From an uncultured virus (IMG/VR IMGVR_UViG_3300020048_000028) (lineage: Duplodnaviria > Heunggongvirae > Uroviricota > Caudoviricetes): a DNA stretch of 64,000 nt. A program made the position numbers and the translations under genes. This document shows, in pieces, positions 7,507 to 16,732 of this stretch (position 1 is its first letter; each line of letters opens with the position of its first letter). The notes under the pieces were generated by a model. The model was not told the DNA's origin and did no database searches. It worked only from the letters and a program-made list of their open reading frames with translations. The DNA is taken from the IMG/VR virus record IMGVR_UViG_3300020048_000028; one strand, 5' to 3'.

Positions 7507-8472
7507 ATGGATAAAATAAAAGTAATAGTTCCTCCTGTTATTAATATTGGTGGAAATAGCGTAACTCTAAATGAGGAACAAAATAAAATGCTCTCTGAAA
7601 AAATAAAGCTTTTTGGTACTGAAGGTATAGAAACGAAAGCTTGTATTATGCAGATTGTTGACGAGAATAGAAATTCTGAATCAATACCTGAAAACAGTAT
7701 CGTTTCAGCTATTAAGGCTCTTAATTTACCAAAACCTATTATATTCTTTGATACCGAAACTACGGGATTAGATGTAGGAAACGACAGAATAGTTGCTATT
7801 GCAGTTACTAAAGTCATGCCTGATGGAGAAATGATTTCAAAAGATTATTTAATAAATCCTATTATTCCTATTAGTAAAGAGGCAAGCGATATTCATGGAA
7901 TTACAAATGATATGGTTGTTGATAAACCTAAATTTAATCAACTTGCAAAATCTATGTATTCTTTTATTAAAGATTGTTACTTGGGAGGTTACAATAACAA
8001 TTATTTTGATAATCAATTACTGCAAGAAGAATTTTTAAGATGTGGAATAGAATATCCTCCTTATGATATAGTAAGCATAGATGCTTGTTCTATTTTTAAA
8101 ACTTATGAAAAAAGAGATTTAACATCTGCTCTTAAATTTTATTGTGATAAGGAAATGGAAAATGCACATGATGCTATGGCTGATAACAATGCTACATTAG
8201 AAATTTTCTTAGGTCAAATCAAAAAATATGACGATTTGAAAAGTATGACTATTGAGGAAATAGCTAAAATTGGCAAACCTGAAAATCAAGTTGATTTCGC
8301 AGGCAGAATTTTAAAAGATGCCGAAGGAGATTATATTTGGAATTTCGGAAAGCCTAAAGGAAAAAAAATAAGACTTGAAATGGGTTTTGGAGATTGGGTT
8401 TTAACAAATCAGTTTCCCCAAAGTTTTAAAAACTTGGTTTCTAAAATATTAGTTGAAATAAGAAAAAAATAA
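7507..8472 (+). CDS. DEDDh 3'-5' exonuclease (DnaQ-like)
   Basis: FFDTETTG, IHGIT, YFD, AHDAMAD. Confidence 0.9.
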   Translation: MDKIKVIVPPVINIGGNSVTLNEEQNKMLSEKIKLFGTEGIETKACIMQIVDENRNSESIPENSIVSAIKALNLPKPIIFFDTETTGLDVGNDRIVAIAVTKVMPDGEMISKDYLINPIIPISKEASDIHGITNDMVVDKPKFNQLAKSMYSFIKDCYLGGYNNNYFDNQLLQEEFLRCGIEYPPYDIVSIDACSIFKTYEKRDLTSALKFYCDKEMENAHDAMADNNATLEIFLGQIKKYDDLKSMTIEEIAKIGKPENQVDFAGRILKDAEGDYIWNFGKPKGKKIRLEMGFGDWVLTNQFPQSFKNLVSKILVEIRKK

Positions 8473-8476
8473 TAAA

Positions 8477-8629
8477 ATGTATCCTTATTATCATTATAAA
8501 TACTCAAATGGATTACAATTTGTATCAAGAGCAAGTTTAACATTATTGAAAATGGCACTTATGAATAAAAACATTGAAATACCTAAACTTATAGGAGTTT
8601 GGAGATTTAAAGAAATAAGAAAAAAATAA
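8477..8629 (+). CDS. small hypothetical protein (50 aa)
   Basis: Read manually (MYPYYHYKYS...EIRKK*); fills the operon gap. Confidence 0.55.
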   Translation: MYPYYHYKYSNGLQFVSRASLTLLKMALMNKNIEIPKLIGVWRFKEIRKK

Positions 8630-8632
8630 AAT

Positions 8633-8770
8633 ATGATGGGAAAGATATTATATTACGCATGGATAGGTTTTTGGATAATCATAGGAACTCCAATAGTTTT
8701 ATTAATTATATTATGCCTTTGGATTCACGATAAAATCCATAAATTAACTTGTAAAAAATGCAGATATTAA
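8633..8770 (+). CDS. small membrane peptide (45 aa)
   Basis: Read manually (MMGKILYYAWIGFWIIIGTPIVLLIILCLW...). Confidence 0.55.
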   Translation: MMGKILYYAWIGFWIIIGTPIVLLIILCLWIHDKIHKLTCKKCRY

Positions 8771-9387
8771 AAAAAATACAAAAAGCCAAAAAGTTAAAAG
8801 CTTTAGCTGATGGAGGCTATGGGGGTGAGAAAGAAAGTGCAAGGTCTTTTTATGAAGATTATCTTAAAAAGCATAATTTAACAGAAGATGATATTGAACC
8901 TAAGAATCATAACAGGAAAATTAATATTAAGAATAAAGATTATGAAGTTCTTTTAAGTCATGTTATTTTGTCAGTAAATCCATTTATTAATATAAATAAA
9001 AAAAAGGGATATTATGAGGTTTTATTAGATGATGCCGATTACATAGAGGTTATTGAAAGGGTTAATTTTTATTATAAAGCATTTATTAGAGAGAAAGAAT
9101 TTTTCTTTATAGCATTTATGGATAAGTTTAGAATTAGTTTTATGCCTGATGAAGAAGCTGTAAATAAACATTCGGATGCTGCAATGAAAATGGCTGAAGA
9201 TGCTGAAAGGTTATTTAAAAAGAGCAATCCTGAAAAAAACAAAAGCAAAATTATTGAGGATATAAAAAATGAACCTCCTGCTCCTAATAGCAATATGGAT
9301 AGTAGAACATTACAGAAAATAGATTACTACAAAAAACTAATTGACAATTTAAGATATACAAAAGCAAACCGAAGATTAACAAAATAA
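8758..9387 (+). CDS. DUF2786-like protein; paralog of 12489..13016
   Basis: KKLKALADGGYGGEKESAR...LKKHNL. Confidence 0.6.
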   Translation: MQILKKIQKAKKLKALADGGYGGEKESARSFYEDYLKKHNLTEDDIEPKNHNRKINIKNKDYEVLLSHVILSVNPFININKKKGYYEVLLDDADYIEVIERVNFYYKAFIREKEFFFIAFMDKFRISFMPDEEAVNKHSDAAMKMAEDAERLFKKSNPEKNKSKIIEDIKNEPPAPNSNMDSRTLQKIDYYKKLIDNLRYTKANRRLTK

Positions 9388-9392
9388 ACAAC

Positions 9393-9878
9393 ATGAAAAA
9401 TATAAGTAAAAAAGAAAAAACCGTTTTAGACAATTTAATAGAAATAGAGTTACGTCACAAAAAATGGGATGAGGATGATAATAAAAAAGCAAGTGTGAAA
9501 ACAAAAGCCAATACTTGTAGAAAAATAGATATGAAGGACATATTTGAGGTAAAAGGTTCAAATGAAAAGTGGGATAAAGAATCTTCTGCCGCTACAAAAA
9601 AAATAGGTGTTAAAAATATTAAAAAGACTGTTAGAACTTTTATTAAGGGTAAGGAGGTTAAAAATAATGATGTTCCTTCAGGTCAAACTGAATTTGAGAA
9701 AAAGAAAAATATTGAAAACTTGAATAATATATTTGATAATGTTGATAATGAATATTCTGTTTTTAAACAAATAAAAAAACTTGCATCAAAAGATAAAAAG
9801 GAAATTCAGAAAATTATTTTAAATATTGATATTTCCAAAATAGATAAAAACGTTGATTTAACTTTAAATATTTTTTAA
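9393..9878 (+). CDS. hypothetical Lys-rich protein
   Basis: 161-aa ORF. Confidence 0.7.
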   Translation: MKNISKKEKTVLDNLIEIELRHKKWDEDDNKKASVKTKANTCRKIDMKDIFEVKGSNEKWDKESSAATKKIGVKNIKKTVRTFIKGKEVKNNDVPSGQTEFEKKKNIENLNNIFDNVDNEYSVFKQIKKLASKDKKEIQKIILNIDISKIDKNVDLTLNIF

Positions 9879-9886
9879 TAAAACGA

Positions 9887-10092
9887 GTGTATTTTTAGTA
9901 ATACAAAATGTATTTTTAGTAATACAAAATGTATTTTATATAATACAAAATGTATTTTAAATAATACTTTCTATGCTTTTAATCTTAATCAAGATTTAAA
10001 ATTAAAGAAGATGTATTTTAGGTAATACATAATGTATTTTGCGAAATACAAAAAGTATTTTTAATAATACAAAATGTATTTTATATAATAAT
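9887..10092. repeat. Second bipartite 4+4 array of the 21-bp repeat
   Basis: Units start at 9887, 9908, 9929, 9950 and 10011, 10032, 10053, 10074. Confidence 0.95.
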
Positions 10093-10124
10093 AAAATAAT
10101 TTTATTTTTTATCTAAAATTATTG

Positions 10125-10132
10125 TATTTTTG
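10125..10132 (+). promoter_or_regulatory. Bacteroidota-type -7 promoter box
   Basis: TATTTTTG just upstream of 10145. Confidence 0.5.
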
Positions 10133-10144
10133 TAAAAAAGCATT

Positions 10145-10525
10145 ATGTTTATCGTTACAGGAAAATTGTCGGGAAAATCTGTTGTTAAGTCAGGTCAGTC
10201 AGAAAATGGCACTTGGAGAATAATTCAATTTCTAATAAAAAAAACGAGAAATAAAAAACTTGAAAATATACCATTTACTGCAAAAGGTAAATTAGCGGAA
10301 AAAATAGATGGCATTCTTTTAGGAGAAAGAATAACTATTAGGTTTTTTATAGAGGGAAGTAAGTATGGGGATAAGTATTTTACAAACTGTATTGCCACAG
10401 AAGTTGAAAAGTATGTTAAGAAAGATAAGTACAAATATGGCAGCGTATCTTTTGGAAACGATTTATATAATGATGAAACAGAAAATTTACTAAAAGATAA
10501 TAATTTATTTAATCAACAAGCATAA
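10145..10525 (+). CDS. DUF3127-like OB-fold (SSB-like) protein
   Basis: VTGKL...SG.S.NGTW...GERITIRFFIEGSKYGDKYFTN. Confidence 0.7.
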   Translation: MFIVTGKLSGKSVVKSGQSENGTWRIIQFLIKKTRNKKLENIPFTAKGKLAEKIDGILLGERITIRFFIEGSKYGDKYFTNCIATEVEKYVKKDKYKYGSVSFGNDLYNDETENLLKDNNLFNQQA

Positions 10526-10526
10526 C

Positions 10527-10739
10527 ATGGAAATAATATATAAAGAAAGAACGACAAGACTAAAGGTTATACTTGCAAAAAAAGGATATACTCAAGCTGA
10601 TTTAGCATCTTTAACGGGTATTCAGAGGTATCAAATAAGTCAAATATGTTCGGGAAGAAGGACAAATATCTATTTAGATACTGCAAGGAAGATTGCATCA
10701 GCTTTAGAGGTTACTCTTGACGAGGCTTTTGGAGATTAA
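10527..10739 (+). CDS. XRE/Cro-C1 helix-turn-helix regulator
   Basis: TQADLASLTGIQRYQISQICSG...KIASALEVTLDE. Confidence 0.9.
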   Translation: MEIIYKERTTRLKVILAKKGYTQADLASLTGIQRYQISQICSGRRTNIYLDTARKIASALEVTLDEAFGD

Positions 10740-10765
10740 TTTACAAAAAACCAAAGACATAAAAA

Positions 10766-12217
10766 ATGAAAGCAGTTTTAGATTTAACAAAAGCTATTAC
10801 CGACAAACGCTATTATAAAGAGCAGTTTGACGGAAGTGGTACTGAAAAGAATATTCTTTTCATTGAACCTCAATTAGCATCAGAGCATCTTTATAAGTAC
10901 ATATTACCTTTTTTCTCTTTTTACAATGAGAAAATTTATACAGCAATAACAAGTCTTGAAAAATATAGTCCTTTTGAGCAGTTAGTAATTATAAAAAATT
11001 TACCTACTGAAAAAGAAATAATGTGGGCTAACTATATTGTTTTTCCTTTTACAACAATGGATTTATCAAAAAATTATGGTTTATATGAAGCTATAAGAGA
11101 AGTGAACCCTAATTGTAAAATAGTGTTTTTTGTAGATTTTAACTTTTATGAAGTTCCTGAAGGGCATCCTCATAAAGAGTTATTCGATTTTGAAAATATA
11201 ATAGAGGCAACTGAAATGAATATTATGCTTTCAGACCTATGCCTTACCTCTAATATTCATTTATGTAATATGTTATTAGAAAAGTTTACAGAATTGTCAG
11301 AAACTAAGTATAAGGACATACAAAACATATCTGTTAATTTTGGTGCTATACCTTATTTAATTGATGAGCAGATTGTTTTACAAAACGTAGAATTTGAATT
11401 TAGTAAACCTGCACCTGTAATTAATAGAGATATTTTTAAAAAAGTGGCAGAAGTTGCTGATGAGATTAAAAAAGAGGATTTGGAGAATAATAAGGAGAAA
11501 GCCGTAAAGCTTTCTAATAAAAAACAAACTCCTAAAAAAGCTCCTAAGACAAAAAAAGTTGTTGCTGATAAAAATAAACCGACAAGGGGAAGGAAACCTA
11601 AATTAGAACCCGAAAAAGAAGAAATTAAAGTAGAGGCGGAGGTTGAAAAACCAAAGGTTGAAATAAAGCCTTTACCTAAAAAATATAATATAGGAATTAT
11701 TTGCTCTACCAATAATATTCACGATATACAGAGTTATAATAACGAGTTTCAAATGATAAATGAAACCTATGGAGATAATATTAATTTGATATTTATCAAT
11801 TACGACTATGAAAACGACCAAAAAAAGATTTTAGATGGTGTTAATTTTGAGTATGTAAAAGTTTCAATGATTCATTTCTTTAAAGAGTTACAGCTTTTAA
11901 ATTTAGATTTAATCTTTGTTCCTTTAATGAAGAATAATTTTAATATTACAAGTGAAAATACGGATAAGTATTTGGAGAGTAGTATATTTAAGATACCTTT
12001 AATCGTAGATGATATGTTTCCATACAATCAGATTATTGTTCATCAAAGAAACGGATTTCTGTATAAGGGCAAAGAGAATTTCATGCAAGAGCTTGATATT
12101 ATTTTAAATAATCCTGATTTGATTAAAAATGTGGGAGAGCAGTCTAAAATAGATACAAGACGTAATTATACTTTTACTCAAAATAACATAAATTTAATAG
12201 CATCAATTTATATTTAA
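10766..12217 (+). CDS. GT-B-type glycosyltransferase-like protein with an internal basic linker
   Basis: LDLIFVPLMKNNFN...KYLESS.FKIPLIV...NGFL; K/P-rich insert at about aa 240-305. Confidence 0.65.
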   Translation: MKAVLDLTKAITDKRYYKEQFDGSGTEKNILFIEPQLASEHLYKYILPFFSFYNEKIYTAITSLEKYSPFEQLVIIKNLPTEKEIMWANYIVFPFTTMDLSKNYGLYEAIREVNPNCKIVFFVDFNFYEVPEGHPHKELFDFENIIEATEMNIMLSDLCLTSNIHLCNMLLEKFTELSETKYKDIQNISVNFGAIPYLIDEQIVLQNVEFEFSKPAPVINRDIFKKVAEVADEIKKEDLENNKEKAVKLSNKKQTPKKAPKTKKVVADKNKPTRGRKPKLEPEKEEIKVEAEVEKPKVEIKPLPKKYNIGIICSTNNIHDIQSYNNEFQMINETYGDNINLIFINYDYENDQKKILDGVNFEYVKVSMIHFFKELQLLNLDLIFVPLMKNNFNITSENTDKYLESSIFKIPLIVDDMFPYNQIIVHQRNGFLYKGKENFMQELDIILNNPDLIKNVGEQSKIDTRRNYTFTQNNINLIASIYI

Positions 12218-12228
12218 AATTAAAAAAA

Positions 12229-12477
12229 ATGATAGAGCAAATAATAGAACAATATTCAGAAGAAACTTTTTTAAAAGCTGATGGATTTGACAAGGCTATA
12301 ATTGGGGTTGAAGAAAATTCGATGAAGCTTATTTATTCGGTGTCAAAATGTCTTGCTATACTTTGTGAGGATATGAGTCAAGAAGATGCTATTGAGCATT
12401 TTGAATATAATGTAAAAGGCTCGTATATGGGAGAAAAAACTCCTATTTGGTGCGAAGATAACTTTGTAGAACTTTAA
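12229..12477 (+). CDS. phage-type hypothetical protein
   Basis: ADGFDKAIIG...EHFEYNVKGSYMGEKTP. Confidence 0.75.
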   Translation: MIEQIIEQYSEETFLKADGFDKAIIGVEENSMKLIYSVSKCLAILCEDMSQEDAIEHFEYNVKGSYMGEKTPIWCEDNFVEL

Positions 12478-12488
12478 GAAATAAAAAC

Positions 12489-13016
12489 ATGAAAAATTGC
12501 GACAGCAAAAAAATAAAACAACTTATAGCAAAAGTTAAAACATTAGCAGAGCGTGGAGAAAAAGGGGAGCGTGAAAACGCTAAAAATAAATTAAAGATGT
12601 TATTGGATAAATACAATATTACTAAGTTTGAAGAATCTAAATATAAAGAGCGTTGTTTTAAATTAACCAATTTTGATGATTGTAAAACAATTATGGTTCA
12701 TTGTATTATTGACACTAATAAAGACGCTGAAATTAGTGGAGATGCAAAAAAAGAGCTTTATTGTAAATTAACCGATAAGGAATATGTTGATGTTTGCGAG
12801 AAATTCAGACATTATTATCCTGAATATTACAGACAAAAAGAGTTTTTGATTAAAGCTTTTATAATTAAAAATGATTTGGGAATTAATGGAGTTGAAGATG
12901 ATGAGATGATTATATCCGAAGATGAAATTAATGGAATTAATGAAATTATAAATTCTATCGTTAAAAAACCTTATAAGTACAAAGCAGAATTTGATTTGTT
13001 TTTAAATGCTTGTTAA
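12489..13016 (+). CDS. DUF2786-like protein; paralog of 8758..9387
   Basis: KVKTLAERGEKGERENAKNKLKMLLDKYNI. Confidence 0.6.
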   Translation: MKNCDSKKIKQLIAKVKTLAERGEKGERENAKNKLKMLLDKYNITKFEESKYKERCFKLTNFDDCKTIMVHCIIDTNKDAEISGDAKKELYCKLTDKEYVDVCEKFRHYYPEYYRQKEFLIKAFIIKNDLGINGVEDDEMIISEDEINGINEIINSIVKKPYKYKAEFDLFLNAC

Positions 13017-13056
13017 TTTTAATGTAATGAAAGAAGTAGAGCAAAGAATTTAAGAT

Positions 13057-13089
13057 AAAAAAACCCAACCTATAAGATTGGGTTTTTTT
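13057..13089. terminator. Bidirectional intrinsic terminator
   Basis: A7-CCCAA...TTGGG-T7 between convergent genes. Confidence 0.85.
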
Positions 13090-13103
13090 GTTAGATTAAT
13101 TTA

Positions 13104-14186
13104 CTATTGTACTGCAAACTTTTCGCTTTCAATAGTTTGTGTTGCATCAGATATTATTAAATAGCTTTCTTTTCCATTCAGTACGATGTCGTATCTAAAA
13201 GATTTGTCGCTACCTGATAAAATACTATTAAGTACGTCTAATGGAATATATCCCCAATGATTCATTTGGAATGTAGACTTAATTGATTCTATGATACTTG
13301 AAGCGTAATTACTTAAAAAGTTTTTCATATCAATAGGCTCAGGAGTGTATGCGTGATTTTGCTGTGCCGTATTACCTGCTAATATAGATGGAGCTGCTGC
13401 GGTCATCATTTCGTGATGTGCATTTTTGTTTTCTCCAACAATAGGTAATGAATTATTTGTATGTTGATAAGTGCCAACAGGTTCTCTTGGAACAAATGGA
13501 TTAACATTATGTACGGCAAGGTTTTGAGGTTGTTGGTATTGTAAATGTACATTCTCAGGCGTAACAACATTATTTCCGTTATTTAAAGCGGCAGGATTCG
13601 ATGGCAAAGAATTAATATTTACATTACTATTATTCACAACTACATTACTTACCCCTCCCGAATTTGTCGCTCCTTCAATTACATCTCCGCCATTTTCTTT
13701 TTTCAATTCTAATAATAATGAAGTATTAGGTTGAATCCATTGCTTTAATAAATTCAATGCTACCAAGTCCTTGTCCATAATAACAGAAATCATATTTACC
13801 ATGTTTTTGTTATTTACGAAATAAGTGAAATCTCTTACGAGGTCATTAACCGAATTAAGTACGTTTTCAGGAAGATGTGATAATTTAATATCATATTCTT
13901 TAACGATATTTCTCGTCTGCGTTTGTAATTCTGAATCAGGAAAAGGAATTGATTCTTTTTCAACTTCTTCTCCATAAATTTTTTGAAATAAAGTAGGTTC
14001 AACAGGTTCAGGCATAACTAATACCTCTTTAACTTCCTTTACTTTTGTTTTTGTTGCAGCTTTTTTAGGTGCAGCTTTTTTAGTTTCAGCTACTTTTGGT
14101 ACATCCAATTTAGCTACTTCTACTTTAGGTACATCTACTTTAGGTGCATCTTTTTCAGTATTTTTTTTGATATTAGTCTTTGCCAT
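13104..14186 (-). CDS. hypothetical protein with a K/A/P-rich N-terminus and an N-rich linker
   Basis: 360-aa ORF; the only credible minus-strand gene, ending at the terminator. Confidence 0.85.
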   Translation of the reverse strand: MAKTNIKKNTEKDAPKVDVPKVEVAKLDVPKVAETKKAAPKKAATKTKVKEVKEVLVMPEPVEPTLFQKIYGEEVEKESIPFPDSELQTQTRNIVKEYDIKLSHLPENVLNSVNDLVRDFTYFVNNKNMVNMISVIMDKDLVALNLLKQWIQPNTSLLLELKKENGGDVIEGATNSGGVSNVVVNNSNVNINSLPSNPAALNNGNNVVTPENVHLQYQQPQNLAVHNVNPFVPREPVGTYQHTNNSLPIVGENKNAHHEMMTAAAPSILAGNTAQQNHAYTPEPIDMKNFLSNYASSIIESIKSTFQMNHWGYIPLDVLNSILSGSDKSFRYDIVLNGKESYLIISDATQTIESEKFAVQ

Positions 14187-14273
14187 AATCTTTGGTTTGT
14201 TTACAGTTTTTTTGTAAAGATAAAAAATATTTTGATTATACGACTTTGTTGATAATTTTTTATTATTATTCCC

Positions 14274-14281
14274 TATATTTG
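14274..14281 (+). promoter_or_regulatory. Bacteroidota-type -7 promoter box
   Basis: TATATTTG 20 bp before 14302. Confidence 0.6.
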
Positions 14282-14301
14282 TTTATTAAAAAAAGTATTA
14301 A

Positions 14302-15585
14302 ATGAGTAATTCTGATATAAAAAATAAAGGTGGTATGTTTCGTGGTAATTTACACTCTGAGGGAGGTATACCATTGGTCGTTAAAGGTAGTGGACAAAGC
14401 ATAGAAGTCGAAAAAGACGAGCCATTAATACCCTCAGAAGCTATGCAGGATAAGTCTGTAAAAAAGATAACAGGAACTAACGTAGAGATATTAAATAAGC
14501 TAAATAAAGACGTTGGTGCAAAAGGAATGAATGATAAAGCCACAGAAGTTTCTGTTGGTGATGCTATTGTTTGTAGAAAATCAGCTTATGATAAAACTAA
14601 AAGAACATATATAGGAACTCCTAAGCAAATTGTATCTGCCATCAATGAAAGTGGTGGATGTAAAGAAATTGAAAGTGGAGGTAAATCTATTGAACCTGAC
14701 GGTACTATTAGGCAATATGATAATGGCGGAGCAGTAAATGCTCGTTGGGATAAGAAGAAAAAAAACATTGAAGAACTTGCGAATAACATACAAAGATTAA
14801 GATTTAATCTAACAAAGGATTTGAAATCTGATAATGAAAAAGATTTTCTTAATGCTTTAGTTATTTCAATTATGATGAAAACAGGTGAGCGTATTGGTAA
14901 TAATACTTCAGCTTCAAACAATCATGTGGGAGTAACGGGCTTTAAAAAGAAACATATCAAAATTGATGGAACAACTGTTTATTTAAAATATACAGGTAAA
15001 TCAGGCGTTGAGCATGAAAAATCTTTTACCGATAAAATACTATCAGCTCATTTAAAGAGGGCTATTAAAAATTCTCCTAATAGTTATGTATTTTGCACTT
15101 CAGATGGTTTTAGAATTAAAGGCGACAAAGTAAATCGCTACTTAGAAGATTATGGCGTTTCAAACAAGGCTATCAGAGGCTTTTCCGCTAATAAATGGAT
15201 AGTTGATAAATTAGAAAAAATAGAAATTCCTGATACCGAAAAGAAAAGAAGAACTGTTTTTAATAAGGTTGCTAAACAAGTTGCTCAAAAAATAGGGCAT
15301 GGTACTGCTACTTTAAAAAAGCACTATATGATGCCTGAGCTTTCTGATAATTATATTTTTGATAAAGAAATTATTGATGTTAAAGAAGCGACTGTTTTTG
15401 CAACAGGTGGCGAATTAGTAGGCGAATCTTTAGAAAAAAGAGTTAAGAATAGATTAACCGATAATAGAATTTCATTAAAAGATTTAGCTGAAATAGTTGG
15501 TAGAGAGCCGAACTATCCAAATGAATATGTTGGAGATTTGAAACTTCAAAAATGTTTTCTTTTACCTTATTATAAATTATTATAA
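14302..15585 (+). CDS. modular protein with a type IB topoisomerase catalytic domain
   Basis: TGERIGN, YTGKSG, KAIRG and IGHGTATLKKHYM give the R-K-R-H-Y pentad; flanked by YDNGG and FATGG. Confidence 0.85.
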   Translation: MSNSDIKNKGGMFRGNLHSEGGIPLVVKGSGQSIEVEKDEPLIPSEAMQDKSVKKITGTNVEILNKLNKDVGAKGMNDKATEVSVGDAIVCRKSAYDKTKRTYIGTPKQIVSAINESGGCKEIESGGKSIEPDGTIRQYDNGGAVNARWDKKKKNIEELANNIQRLRFNLTKDLKSDNEKDFLNALVISIMMKTGERIGNNTSASNNHVGVTGFKKKHIKIDGTTVYLKYTGKSGVEHEKSFTDKILSAHLKRAIKNSPNSYVFCTSDGFRIKGDKVNRYLEDYGVSNKAIRGFSANKWIVDKLEKIEIPDTEKKRRTVFNKVAKQVAQKIGHGTATLKKHYMMPELSDNYIFDKEIIDVKEATVFATGGELVGESLEKRVKNRLTDNRISLKDLAEIVGREPNYPNEYVGDLKLQKCFLLPYYKLL

Positions 15586-15605
15586 AGAAATTAAAAAACA
15601 AAAAA

Positions 15606-16619
15606 ATGGAAAATGAAAATGATAGCTTTTTATCAAAATTTGAATGGAATAACTTTAATATTACAGCATTAAACATATTGTTAAGTGAATTATCTCAAAA
15701 TGGAGAAGTTTTTTTAGTCGGCATTTTTGATAATCAAATGCGTCCAATCAGAAATGTTTCTTTTGCGAATACTTTTAGGGTTAATGATATGGGTTTAAAA
15801 GTAGTTCCAACTAAAACTAAAGAAATGCAGATGATAGGAATTGATGTATTTGACAATAGCAATAATAATTATACAATATTTTTAGGAACAAAAACTAATA
15901 TTGATGCTTTAAGGTCTGTTTATAGTAAAATAGTGCCACCGTTTTCAGAAGGCGGTGGGGTTGGTAGCGAAATAACCCTTACAACCGAACAAGTTGAAAA
16001 TAAATTAGGCAGAGAACTACATTGGTGGAAAGATGATGTTGTTACTATTAATGGAACTGAATATAAAAAAATATTCTTAAAACCTGAATACAAGAGATTA
16101 TATGCTCTCGGAGGCAAAGTAAATGAAGAAAACGAGGATTTAGATTTATCTAAAGATTTTGCAATAAGAAATTTGTTTTATAAATATGAAAAACAATATC
16201 AAGATGAGTATAATGAAGATAATTGGATAAAATTCCATTATGGTGGTGAACGTAAAGGTGGTATTAAAGCACTTAAAGAATCACTTGAATTAATAGGTGA
16301 TGGTGAAATAACTGATAAAGGTGATAAACATTTTATGTATAAAGAAATGTTAAAGAATGATTCATTAATTTTAGTTGTTCACGCAATTTTAAAAAAACCT
16401 CCTTATGGTGGAATGGAAGGTTATAAATATAGTTTAGGCGTATATAGAAACAATCCAAGAACACAGCAAATTGGTGGTGGTTATGGTACAAGCGGTATAA
16501 TGAGTATTGAACATCCGATATTATTATCTTATGACGATTATGATATAGTACATCACAATCGTATTATTATATCTAAAGTATGTAACGATATTAAAAAATA
16601 TGCAGAAAAGTATTTTTAA
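15606..16619 (+). CDS. modular hypothetical protein (FSEGG and YALGG junctions, internal GRE-tag)
   Basis: Shares the EQVENKLGRE.HWW.DD...KK..L.PEYK segment with 16733 and 21040. Confidence 0.8.
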   Translation: MENENDSFLSKFEWNNFNITALNILLSELSQNGEVFLVGIFDNQMRPIRNVSFANTFRVNDMGLKVVPTKTKEMQMIGIDVFDNSNNNYTIFLGTKTNIDALRSVYSKIVPPFSEGGGVGSEITLTTEQVENKLGRELHWWKDDVVTINGTEYKKIFLKPEYKRLYALGGKVNEENEDLDLSKDFAIRNLFYKYEKQYQDEYNEDNWIKFHYGGERKGGIKALKESLELIGDGEITDKGDKHFMYKEMLKNDSLILVVHAILKKPPYGGMEGYKYSLGVYRNNPRTQQIGGGYGTSGIMSIEHPILLSYDDYDIVHHNRIIISKVCNDIKKYAEKYF

Positions 16620-16732
16620 AATATAAAAAATATATCCTAATTATATACATATAACAATATAGACAAGAAGAAGTATGAATTTGGAGGCTTAACAATGCGT
16701 AAGCCAAAAATGAGTTTTAAAAGAATAAATAA

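Noticed and set aside
14302..15585. Topo IB ORF as the cassette integrase
   Set aside because: Its motifs match topo IB rather than IntI/Xer recombinases, and it is 11 kb away in another operon
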